Assembly (NCBI GenBank): GCA_965230935.1
Contig: OZ246400.1
Coordinates: 566,359 to 630,358 of the forward strand
DNA: 64,000 nucleotides
Reading direction: 5' to 3'
Source of the DNA: an uncultured Gammaproteobacteria bacterium
Lineage (GTDB): Bacteria > Patescibacteriota > Patescibacteriia > Magasanikbacterales > JBBTQS01
Notes under the pieces: model-generated
The model's input: the letters and a program-made list of their open reading frames with translations, nothing else
Databases searched by the model: none
Told to the model about the DNA's origin: nothing
Shown here: piece by piece, positions 55,101 through 63,559 of the stretch
How positions within the stretch are numbered: the first letter of the stretch is position 1
Layout of the letters: each line of letters begins with the position of its first letter
Position numbers and translations under genes: made by a program

Positions 55101-56180
55101 CTACTCCACTGCAACAAACTTACCCAAGAACTCATGAATCTGCGCCATCTCAGTGATATTCGCTTCTTCAGTATATTCATGCGCGTTGTAATATCCTGAT
55201 CCAAGCGGCACACACATGATTCCTTTACTATTAAAGATATTTGCATCTGTTCCGCCAAAGGTTTCAAAATAGTTTGGTGTGAGATTCATCTGAGTAAATG
55301 TTTTCTCAAGCCGATCAAACAACGGATGATTTTTTTCCAAGTGATACCCACCAAACTCCAATTTCCAATCCATCTCTAACGTTCCACCCCATTTTTGCGC
55401 AACTCCATCAAAAACCTCGGTGATACGTTTTGCCTCAGCCACTACCAAATCAGTATCAAAACTGCGCATCTCGGCTTTAAGTTTTGCGGTCCCCGGAACA
55501 CTATTGCGTGCAGTTCCTGATTCAAACATACCAATATTCCAAGTAACACCCTCAGTGCTATACCCACACGGCACTGCCATCATAGCTTCTGCTGCCATCT
55601 GCAAGGCATTAATTCCTTTTTCCGGCTCTCGTGGGTGCACAATCTTCCCAACAAAGGTTGCATCCATTTGCACAAATCCAGGCGCGCGCGTCACCACCTG
55701 TGTCACGGGCCCATCTTCATCTAATACCACACCGATCTTGGCACTTAACTTATCGTAATCTGCATTGATCGCCCCGTGCAAACCAGTTTCTTCTCCACGA
55801 GTAAGTAATACTTCGATTGGCGCATGCGTATTTGAATCTGCTTTTTGGATATCAATTAAAAATTCGATCAACACCGCCAACCCGGTCTTTGGGTCTGCTC
55901 CTAAAATCCCCGTTCCATTCGAACGAATCACATCACCATCAATAGTATAATCAGGTTTTGGAAGCGGTTCCGGAATGTCTAAATGAGTGGAGAGTAAAAT
56001 CGCATCACCAACACCAGGAACTTTGGCAATAATGTTTCGAAACGAATCCAACTCATGAGCAACTCCGGCCTCATCCAGTCGTTTTTGCGTATACGCAATC
56101 ACCTCTTTTTCATTGGGATAGATTTCATCAATATGAATAAGGTCAATAAAAGTCTGTTGAATTCGCTCGTTAAGTGTCAT
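55101..56180 (-). CDS. M20-family metallopeptidase
   Basis: STHLDIPEP and GGTDANIF motifs. Start trimmed to MTLNERIQQ; the upstream track residues run into the GC island, read on the antisense strand. Confidence 0.45.
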   Translation of the reverse strand: MTLNERIQQTFIDLIHIDEIYPNEKEVIAYTQKRLDEAGVAHELDSFRNIIAKVPGVGDAILLSTHLDIPEPLPKPDYTIDGDVIRSNGTGILGADPKTGLAVLIEFLIDIQKADSNTHAPIEVLLTRGEETGLHGAINADYDKLSAKIGVVLDEDGPVTQVVTRAPGFVQMDATFVGKIVHPREPEKGINALQMAAEAMMAVPCGYSTEGVTWNIGMFESGTARNSVPGTAKLKAEMRSFDTDLVVAEAKRITEVFDGVAQKWGGTLEMDWKLEFGGYHLEKNHPLFDRLEKTFTQMNLTPNYFETFGGTDANIFNSKGIMCVPLGSGYYNAHEYTEEANITEMAQIHEFLGKFVAVE

Positions 56181-56255
56181 AGAAAATAAAAAAGTAATAT
56201 TCAGATGTCTGCACCTATGCAGGCGTCTACATACTACCATGAAATACGTTGGTGC

Positions 56256-56341
56256 GCCCGGAAGGAGTGATTCCCTCCGGGCACTTGCTTGGCACGCGTT
56301 CGCGCGCAAAACCCACGTGTTGTGTTGTTGAGTGTAGTGCG
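56256..56341 (-). repeat. Island F 3' module, sense on the minus strand
   Basis: Sense strand reads TGAcgcactacactcAACAACACAACACGtggg...GCCCGGAgGGAatcacTCCtTCCGGGC. Confidence 0.6.
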
Positions 56342-57235
56342 TCAGGCCACGACGCCTTTGGCCCCGTAGAACCAGGTGCTGCGCTGCAGCATACCCATAT
56401 CCGCTCTGCACGAACCGTAGTGGTCGTGCAGGAGGTTTGCGGCGGTGCCCATCGGGGAGACGAACACGCCGGTTGCCGCGAAATGGGCACTGATCTGCGC
56501 GTGATCCATCACTCGCTTCTGGTACGTTCCGGTCCACAGCACGCGCTTGTGCCGCTTCCCGATCGCCACCACGAAGATGGTCATGATGCCGGTCTCGGGG
56601 TCGTACACCGGATGGCGCACATCCCAGACCGGCTCGCCGTCGAGGATCGCATCCCAGGTGAAGTAGCGCCGCTTCTCACAGCACTCCAGATATCCGGTAG
56701 CGATGAAGTCCATGACGAACTGACCACCCTGCTTGAGCGGCGCGACCATGCCGGTCGTGACCTGCTCGAGCAGCGCGAGATCCGTGATATCAGCGAACGA
56801 ATTGCCGAGCAACACCGCAGCGTCGCACGACACGTCCGTTCGCCATTCACACAGATCACCCACGTGCAGCTCGACCCGCGAATCGCCCCCGAAGAGACGA
56901 CGAGCTTTTGCCACACAGGCGTCTGAGAGATCCACACCGATGATGTGCTCGACTCCTGCATCCAAAAACGCCGGGATGTGTCGACCCGTGCCGAAACACG
57001 GGAGGAACAGCACCTGCGGAACCGGACGCAAGAGTTGAAGAGTACACGCGACCTCCGCCCTGGAGAGGGCATCGTCCTCGTGTACGCCTTCGTCGAGCTG
57101 GACCATGATGTCGTAGTGCCGTGCGATGTCGAACTGCTCCAGCGCCCGAGGACGCCTGAGGAATTGTTCGATCTGCGCCGCGGCAACACCAATGGCCCAT
57201 TCACCATCACGCTTCTCTTGCGCTGTCGCACTCAT
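56342..57235 (-). CDS. Class I SAM-dependent methyltransferase (small-molecule/protein type, not DNA MTase) in GC-anomalous island F
   Basis: LFLPCFGTGRHIPAFLDAGVEHIIGVDLS (motif I) and acidic motif II. No DPPY/NPPY motif. Overlaps the upstream gene by 29 nt. Confidence 0.55.
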   Translation of the reverse strand: MSATAQEKRDGEWAIGVAAAQIEQFLRRPRALEQFDIARHYDIMVQLDEGVHEDDALSRAEVACTLQLLRPVPQVLFLPCFGTGRHIPAFLDAGVEHIIGVDLSDACVAKARRLFGGDSRVELHVGDLCEWRTDVSCDAAVLLGNSFADITDLALLEQVTTGMVAPLKQGGQFVMDFIATGYLECCEKRRYFTWDAILDGEPVWDVRHPVYDPETGIMTIFVVAIGKRHKRVLWTGTYQKRVMDHAQISAHFAATGVFVSPMGTAANLLHDHYGSCRADMGMLQRSTWFYGAKGVVA

Positions 57236-59525
57236 GCGGCGGCCGCCCCCGCGTGACGTCGGACGAAACGGCCGTAGCCGAGTCGGCCTTGAGCTGCTCC
57301 TTGACGACGATCACCTCGACAGCGTCAGACGCGCCGTGGACCTTGAGCCCACGACGAAGGGTCATCATGCTGCCAACCGTCTTGACCACCCCCGGCGCCG
57401 TGCGCAGAAGGTACAGAGTCAGACGCGTGCGCGCATCGCGGATGACATCGACGTTGCCGTCCTCGTCCGCGTACGCACAAGTGACTCGGGCCGACTTGAT
57501 GAAGCGCTGCCCGATCATCGGGAAGGTGGTAGCCACCGCCTTGGAGACCTCGGCGAGCCAGTCCGTCAGACTGTGTTTTTCACCAGCCTCGAACAGACGC
57601 GCACCCCAACAGCCGTTGTCACCGTCGTACCCACCGCCCTTGATCACCATGTCCCCACGGTGATTCTTGTCGCTTCCCGGTCGCTTCCCGCGAACCTGGT
57701 CCATGGAGAACGCATTGTTCACCGTGGCCAGCTCGAACGCGTCGGTCAGCAAACCGGTGGTCGCCAGATGGGCCTGAAGTGTGTCCACGACCGGCTGGCC
57801 GTAGTGCTCCACGATCCACTTGCACACGCTCGGCAACCAGGCGGCCATGAGCATCACCTTGGACTCCGCGTAGAAGCACACCGGGTTCAGGAAGACGACG
57901 TCGTCCTTCTCCCACTCCAGCATGCGCCGGAGCAGCTCGTTGGCGAAGTTGTCGTGGTACCCGAACCGGAAGACGACCGAGCCGTGCGGCGGCGCCGGAA
58001 TCTTGTCGGACTCGTAGCCGAAGACGAACTCGTCGAACTCGGCGGACGCCAGGCGCCCCATGAAGTCCGTGTTCCAGTTGGCCTGGAAGGCCTTGGACGC
58101 GGCGGACGGCGGGTTCCACTCGAACGGTGTACCACTGCCCGGCTGGATCTGGTCGTGGATGGCCTGGAGCGGCTTGTCGAAGATGATCTGAGCATCGATG
58201 CCGCGGCGCCGAAGCTCCGCGCAGAACACCGCCTGGTCCCAGGTGTACTCCGACCACTCGTTGGTAGCGATGATGCGAAACGGTCGATCACCGATGAAGC
58301 CGGCGTAGGCATCGACCATCTCGGTATCTACCTCGTACCCCAACTCCATAGCGTGGACCATCCCCTGACCCGCACCGGCGGACTCGGCCTCCGTGGTAAC
58401 CGGAGCGAGTTTGTCGCCCCGCCGGATGACCGAGATGTCCGGACGCGTCAGGAGCATCGGCTGATCGCTCACCAGCGGCTCGATCCGATCGGGCAGCTTG
58501 AAGGTGAGCAGCTGATGCAGTGCCTCGTCCCCGGCCTTCCACTTCGCCTGAACGGCATCGCAGAGGATGAACAGGGACAACGCGAACATATCCAACTGCT
58601 GCCAGAAGACCGCTGGAAGCTCCATGGTGCGCAGCGCCACCAACCACGTCGGGCCTTCACCGCCCTTGTAGCCGATGCTGGTCTGCCGCATGCGCTCCTT
58701 GACCCGCACCCCCTCGGTAGCCGAGGTACCCATGCGTTCCGTGTCCGTGTCCTCGAGCATGACCACCCGGTCTCCCGAGTTGAGCTCGTCGAAGCACGAC
58801 GGATCCTGCATGAGCATGTCGAGCATGGTCACCCCGGTACCGCCGATCGTGGGCTGGTTGAAGTAGCACACGGCGACCGAGTACAGCTTGAACAGCGCGA
58901 ACAGCGGCGTCGGCGCCGTGACCTCCTCACGCTCCCCCTCCGGCTTGGCACGCTGCGCGGCGCGAGCCGCTTCGTAGGCAGCCATGTGGCCCGGCCGGTA
59001 AAACGTGAGCTGACGCTCGTGGGAGTTGATCCCGTCGATGACCGCTTCCACCACGAACTCGTCGATCGCCTCGAGATCTTGTGCGTCGCTGACGGCCAGG
59101 CACTGGTTTCCCACACCCCGGTACGTCTCACTCGAGCGAATCTCGAAGCTGCCGTCCGGCCTGGCGACCAGACGCACGATGAGCTCGCCGTCCTGATTGT
59201 GTCCGAGGTGAACGACCCGACTCTTGCACTTGTCGAAGACGATCCGCACCCCCCAGTCGAACCCGGTGTAGGGCAACCGCTGCGCAGCCGCCTGCATCCG
59301 GAGACGATTCTTGGGGAACGTGCCAAACGCCTGGGGCGGGATCTGCACGACAACACCGTCGTGGCAGTACTCCCCGCCAGCAGCGTGCGCATCGAGTATC
59401 TCCCGACTCCACTTGCCCGCCCCCTTCTTGTACGGGGACGGCTCCTTCCAGCCGTGCCTGCGACGATCCGCATGGAGGCGCAGAATCGCCTCACGCGCTG
59501 TCGCGTCCTGTGATTTTTGACTCAT
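57207..59525 (-). CDS. Hypothetical 772-aa protein (no confident domain) in GC-anomalous island F
   Basis: agaggag RBS 8 nt before ATGAGTCAAAAA. About 62% GC. Co-oriented and overlapping with the methyltransferase gene. Confidence 0.45.
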   Translation of the reverse strand: MSQKSQDATAREAILRLHADRRRHGWKEPSPYKKGAGKWSREILDAHAAGGEYCHDGVVVQIPPQAFGTFPKNRLRMQAAAQRLPYTGFDWGVRIVFDKCKSRVVHLGHNQDGELIVRLVARPDGSFEIRSSETYRGVGNQCLAVSDAQDLEAIDEFVVEAVIDGINSHERQLTFYRPGHMAAYEAARAAQRAKPEGEREEVTAPTPLFALFKLYSVAVCYFNQPTIGGTGVTMLDMLMQDPSCFDELNSGDRVVMLEDTDTERMGTSATEGVRVKERMRQTSIGYKGGEGPTWLVALRTMELPAVFWQQLDMFALSLFILCDAVQAKWKAGDEALHQLLTFKLPDRIEPLVSDQPMLLTRPDISVIRRGDKLAPVTTEAESAGAGQGMVHAMELGYEVDTEMVDAYAGFIGDRPFRIIATNEWSEYTWDQAVFCAELRRRGIDAQIIFDKPLQAIHDQIQPGSGTPFEWNPPSAASKAFQANWNTDFMGRLASAEFDEFVFGYESDKIPAPPHGSVVFRFGYHDNFANELLRRMLEWEKDDVVFLNPVCFYAESKVMLMAAWLPSVCKWIVEHYGQPVVDTLQAHLATTGLLTDAFELATVNNAFSMDQVRGKRPGSDKNHRGDMVIKGGGYDGDNGCWGARLFEAGEKHSLTDWLAEVSKAVATTFPMIGQRFIKSARVTCAYADEDGNVDVIRDARTRLTLYLLRTAPGVVKTVGSMMTLRRGLKVHGASDAVEVIVVKEQLKADSATAVSSDVTRGRPPHECDSAREA

Positions 59526-59548
59526 CTCCTCATCTCCTCTCTAACATT

Positions 59549-59572
59549 GTCATGACTTCCTGTCGTGACAGG
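59549..59572 (-). promoter_or_regulatory. Paired palindromes (gtcatgac; cctgtcGTgacagg) between the putative promoter and RBS of the island F operon: candidate operator
   Basis: Perfect 8-bp palindrome and 6+6 palindrome immediately upstream of the RBS. Confidence 0.4.
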
Positions 59573-59903
59573 GTTGATTGATACACTCAATTGTCGATGA
59601 ACGTTACCCAACGCGATGCTGGGCCTCCCATCCGCATTCACCGACAATCGGCTTTTACGAAAGGGAGGGCAACACCTGTTAAACGAAAAATGCTGCAGTT
59701 TCCTGCAGCAATGGAGTCTTTATGGAGACAACGACTTATACAACATGCTGCAAGGAAGGCTTTGGCACAATAAAACGCACAATCAAAACCCAGAGAGTGC
59801 GATGCACCATCTTAGTCTTGTGGAGATATTGTGTCAAGCTCAATACTTGCATACAATGTGTTGTTCAAAACTTACTCTAATATGTGTGAGAAGGCTTGTC
59901 AAA

Positions 59904-61007
59904 TCATCTTGTGGATGACTGCGTCGCCCTTCGAATAAATTCGACATAAATATCATAAAAATCTTTTATGCTATCCATATGAACCCATTCATGATTACTA
60001 TGCATATCACCGGAAATCGGCCGGCTACACAACACCGGAACATCGTGGGATGCAAAATACCGTCCGTCATCTGCACCACAGCTTGCAATGAGTGTTGTTT
60101 CTTTATCTAAAATGTCTTTTACCACCTGTTTATACAATGCAATATATTGGTTGTCTGGAGCAGTGTAACTCGTTCGCCCCTCTTCAAGAATTTGGATCTG
60201 ACACCCTACAGCTGCCTGTTTAATTTGTTCGATAAACTCATAAGGATCATCATTTTCAGTTAATCGGACATCCAATACACATTCTGCACTTTCCGGAACT
60301 TGGTTAATACTTAATCCGCCAGAAATTTTGCTGACTGTGCAAGAACGTTCCCATCGCTCTGGTGTTTGTTCTTGTGGAAACAATTCGCGGATTCGCTCGT
60401 ATGCGCGCATTAACTTCAAAATTGCATTATCGCCCAACCACGGGCGCGAACCATGAGCTGATGCGCCATGTGCGTGAACACGGATGATCCATGATGCTTT
60501 ATTTTTGTGAATTAACGTCTCTGGATTATCACTTCCATCGGGACACAACACCACTTTGGCTCGGTATCCGATTTCTTCGGCAAGATACTTTGCCCCGTTA
60601 AACCCACCAATCTCTTCATCACACGTAAGCATCAATGCAATATTTGGACGCGTATTCCATGTGACGATCTCTTGCATTACGACCATCATCACGGCATCTT
60701 CAGCTTTCATATCACACACACCACGACCACGCATGATTGGTCCTTCGATTCGCGGTTCAAAATACTCATCTGGTGAACCTACTACATCCAAGTGTCCCAA
60801 CATGAGCACATCAGGAGTGAGCGTCTCTTGCGTACTAATGACTACTGAGTGCGAACCTTCGCTCTGATATTGACGAACGAATAAGTTGGGGACTGGTGCA
60901 AAAAAATCGAGCACATAATCAATTGCGCGGCGCTGTTCATCAAACCGATCCTCAGTGGTGCGCATGCGCACCAAGTCTTGGGTGATTTTAATAAGTTTTT
61001 CTTTCAT
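59904..61007 (-). CDS. M20-family peptidase (ArgE/DapE-like deacylase)
   Basis: MLGHLDVV and GRGVCDMKA motifs. Start at MKEKLIK (cat at 61005-61007). Confidence 0.6.
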   Translation of the reverse strand: MKEKLIKITQDLVRMRTTEDRFDEQRRAIDYVLDFFAPVPNLFVRQYQSEGSHSVVISTQETLTPDVLMLGHLDVVGSPDEYFEPRIEGPIMRGRGVCDMKAEDAVMMVVMQEIVTWNTRPNIALMLTCDEEIGGFNGAKYLAEEIGYRAKVVLCPDGSDNPETLIHKNKASWIIRVHAHGASAHGSRPWLGDNAILKLMRAYERIRELFPQEQTPERWERSCTVSKISGGLSINQVPESAECVLDVRLTENDDPYEFIEQIKQAAVGCQIQILEEGRTSYTAPDNQYIALYKQVVKDILDKETTLIASCGADDGRYFASHDVPVLCSRPISGDMHSNHEWVHMDSIKDFYDIYVEFIRRATQSSTR

Positions 61008-61039
61008 AGAAGTGTTTGCATTGTAGCGGAGAATGGAAA

Positions 61040-61264
61040 GGAAGAGCAAATTGAGTAAAAAAACAACACCCACGATCGGTATCGGGGGAGCTGCGTTGTG
61101 TTGGTTGTGTGTTGTCACACCGAAGGTGTGGCCTCGGTCATCTGGGCTCTGTTGTTGTCGCCTCGCGTATGCCCGACAGGGTGCCGTGGCCACTTTCGAT
61201 GTGAGGGGCGATGATTGTTGGTTGCGGTATTAAAACCACCGATCTATGAAAAGGGAAGCGGAGC
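61040..61264 (-). repeat. Island G extended 3' region: hairpins, CA-rich ACAACACACAACCAACACAACGCAG, terminal hairpin plus T7 tract; sense on the minus strand
   Basis: Plus strand reads ctgcGTTGTGTTGGTTGTGTGTTGTcacaccgaaggtgtg. Terminal hairpin cccccgataccgatcgtggg is followed by tgttgttttttt on the sense strand. Confidence 0.55.
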
Positions 61265-61894
61265 TCAGCTTCCACCCCTCTTCGCCATGAATGCGGCGCC
61301 ATGGCCAATGTGCGTGTTCACCGGCTTCCCCTCCTCACACAACGGACACTCGTTCGCTGGGTAGGTCGACATGTCGACGTTCACCAGTGTCACGAGATGC
61401 TCCACGCCGAGAACTCCAGGTGTCACTCCGCCACGATTGACCAAAGCAGCAACTCCCACCACGTTAGCACCAAGAGAGCGTGCCAGTTCGATTGCCTTCT
61501 TGGCCGAACCACCGGTGGTAAGGATGTCCTCGACCACCATCACACGCGTGCCCGAAAGCAGGTGCGGCTCGGTTTTCACCACGAAGCCATCCCCGTCCTT
61601 CTCTGCGATAAAAAAGGACACGGGCCTGGATGTAAGCATGGCGAGTTTGTCCGCTGTGACAATGCCTAGTGCGATAGCTCCTACGGCCGGCGCGACCACA
61701 GCATCAATGTCGGGGTCGACCTCGTGAGCCAAACGAGCCATCTCCTCGCAGAAAGAGGACACCTCAGCTGTATGAACGACCACGGCACGTTTGTTGATGT
61801 GGGCCGGACCATGGTAACCCGACGCGTACACGAAATGGTCGTTGTCAAGTACCGCCCCAAGAGCGGCCAATCTTGCCATGAAGTCCTGTTTCAT
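61265..61894 (-). CDS. Type I phosphoribosyltransferase, orotate-PRTase-like, in GC-anomalous island G
   Basis: VMVVEDILTTGGSAKKAIE PRPP-binding motif. aagggagag RBS before MKQDF. About 60% GC. Confidence 0.55.
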   Translation of the reverse strand: MKQDFMARLAALGAVLDNDHFVYASGYHGPAHINKRAVVVHTAEVSSFCEEMARLAHEVDPDIDAVVAPAVGAIALGIVTADKLAMLTSRPVSFFIAEKDGDGFVVKTEPHLLSGTRVMVVEDILTTGGSAKKAIELARSLGANVVGVAALVNRGGVTPGVLGVEHLVTLVNVDMSTYPANECPLCEEGKPVNTHIGHGAAFMAKRGGS

Positions 61895-61991
61895 CTCTCT
61901 CCCTTCGCACGAAATCGCTGTGACCAAAAAAACTTCACTTAGTGAAATATTAGAGAAAAAAGTGTTGATTGTCTAGAATAAAATTTTGATG

Positions 61992-62065
61992 TCGGAGTGA
62001 GAGGACTCGAACCTCCGGCCCCTGCGTCCCAAACGCAGTGCTCTAGCCAACTGAGCTACACTCCG
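61992..62065 (-). tRNA. tRNA-Pro (anticodon TGG)
   Basis: Reverse complement reads cggagtgtagctcagttggctagagc..tTTGGGa..ggttcgagtcc..cactccg. Confidence 0.65.
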
Positions 62066-62178
62066 AGTGAGTGAAAAAGAAATACAAGTATTTCTTTTTC
62101 GCGAACGATGGAGTGTAGCTACGTAACATCACGTAGTGATGTGAAGTAGCTTTTATCCTTGTTCACGAAACACTCTTG

Positions 62179-62250
62179 TGCCGGGGGAGAGAATCGAACT
62201 CTCGACACGAGGCTCTTCAGGCCCCTGCTCTACCACTGAGCTACCCCGGC
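62179..62250 (-). tRNA. tRNA-Phe (anticodon GAA)
   Basis: Reverse complement reads gccggggtagctcagtggtagagc..cTGAAGa..gagttcgattctc..ccccggca. Confidence 0.75.
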
Positions 62251-62251
62251 G

Positions 62252-62420
62252 TAGTGAGCACATGGAATGCTTGCATTCCGATGTGCGAACGGAGACGGTG
62301 GTAGCTATATATAGCTACCCCGGCGAATGAGTGAAAAGTCAAATGCTTGCATTTGTACTTTTCCGAATGAGTTGGGGTAGCGACGAAGTTGCTACCCCGG
62401 CGAGGCACACAAAGTGTGAC
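62252..62420 (-). repeat. Three degenerate copies of the tRNA-Phe 5' end (gctaccccggcg), each next to a palindromic hairpin
   Basis: gctaccccggcg at 62307-62320 and 62388-62400, plus gaccccggc at 62416. Hairpins ggtagctataTATAGCTACC, GGAATGCttGCATTCC, CAAATGCttGCATTTG and GGGGTAGCgacgaagttGCTACCCC. Confidence 0.6.
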
Positions 62421-62529
62421 CCCGGCAAATGATGATTCGATCCAAATGATACAAGAGATACTCACTTCAGTCAACCGCAAATACAATAAACAAAACACCG
62501 GCTGTCATCGCCGGTGTTTACCCTTAGTG

Positions 62530-62602
62530 TGGACCCGAGGAGGGTCGAACTCCTGACCTCCGCAGTGCAAATGCGGCGCTCTACCAACTAAGCTACGGGC
62601 CC
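62530..62602 (-). tRNA. tRNA-Ala (anticodon TGC), G3:U70 present
   Basis: Reverse complement reads gggcccgtagcttagttggtagagc..tTTGCAc..gagttcgaccctc..cgggtcca. Confidence 0.75.
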
Positions 62603-62715
62603 TACAGCGAGCACACTATACTATGCATCACTTTCACTGTCAATTGACTTATGCAACATAAATTCTGTTGAAAAATCAAGGTCATCATGATAGGCTTGAG
62701 CTGTTCTCTACCCAC

Positions 62716-62801
62716 GCCCGGGTGGTGGAATCGGTAGACACGGGGGACTTAAAATCCCCTTCCCAATTTCGGGAGTGCGAGTTCAAGTCTCGCCCCGGGC
62801 A
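62716..62801 (+). tRNA. tRNA-Leu (anticodon TAA), long variable arm
   Basis: gcccgggtggtggaatcggtagacac..cTTAAAa..long arm..gcgagttcaagtctcgc..cccgggca. Confidence 0.75.
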
Positions 62802-62809
62802 CTAATATC

Positions 62810-63382
62810 CTACTTCTCCCACAAATACTCATCCTTACCCATTTCTTTATTGATCCAGCGTGCAAGCACAAATAAACAATCACTCATGCGATTCAAATAT
62901 GGAATGATATGATCGCCAATCTCATCACGTCGTCCCAGTGCCAACACTACGCGCTCAGTACGTCGACACACGGTTCGTGCATAATGGAGCTGTGACGCAA
63001 TCATTGTAATCCCAGGCAAAATAAATTGAGTAAGCTTTGGTAGATCATTGGAAAACACATCAATTGTTTTTTCAATAAACGCGACATGCTCTTTTCCAAC
63101 TTGCGGGATAGTCTCCCGCGCCTTTGGCTCAACTGTTGCCAAATCCGCACCAACCGTAAACAGCTCATTTTGAATCCGACGCAACACGTAATCTAACTTC
63201 GTCACTGACTCCAAAAATTCTTTTCGCTTTTCTTGTCGAATCTGCGCTCGAACCACTCCAATAATACTATTGAGTTCATCAATAGTCCCAATCGCTTGCA
63301 TGCGAATGTGATCCTTACCAACTCGTCCTGAACCAAATAAGGATGTTTCGCCATTGTCGCCTTTTCGGGTGTAAATCTTCAT
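62810..63382 (-). CDS. PduO-type ATP:cob(I)alamin adenosyltransferase
   Basis: MKIYTRKGDNGETSLFGSGRV N-terminal signature. Confidence 0.7.
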   Translation of the reverse strand: MKIYTRKGDNGETSLFGSGRVGKDHIRMQAIGTIDELNSIIGVVRAQIRQEKRKEFLESVTKLDYVLRRIQNELFTVGADLATVEPKARETIPQVGKEHVAFIEKTIDVFSNDLPKLTQFILPGITMIASQLHYARTVCRRTERVVLALGRRDEIGDHIIPYLNRMSDCLFVLARWINKEMGKDEYLWEK

Positions 63383-63447
63383 AACAATATTTTAAGAGAC
63401 CACCGTAGGATATTTGGCGACTTTTGTCAAGAATATATAGTAATAGT

Positions 63448-63538
63448 AAAATCCCGGATCCTTGAGAATTGGTCTCGGCTGTTTGCAGTAACACTGATAT
63501 GATGTGCAGCCGCTGCAATTCGAGAGGATCCGGGATTT
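63448..63538. repeat. 91-bp element bounded by perfect 14-bp inverted repeats (aaaatcccggatcc / ggatccgggatttt); forms a large stem-loop
   Basis: Sits between the stop of the upstream partial gene and a TTGACA promoter for the PduO-like gene. The inner 63 nt holds further complementary segments. Confidence 0.6.
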
Positions 63539-63559
63539 TATTTTTATTACTATCGATTC

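Noticed and set aside
57126-59513. 795-aa plus-strand ORF (and others 56249..56926, 41082..42464, 26975..27394, 34310..35442) lying antisense to island genes
   Set aside because: High-GC DNA generates long stop-free antisense frames. These overlap better-supported sense genes with RBSs and motifs, and have Arg/Ala/Pro-rich low-complexity translations.
59591-59773. 60-aa ORF in the 380-bp spacer upstream of the island F operon
   Set aside because: No RBS and mixed composition. The spacer is better read as promoter/operator space, although it contains a neat GCTGCAGtttcCTGCAGC hairpin.
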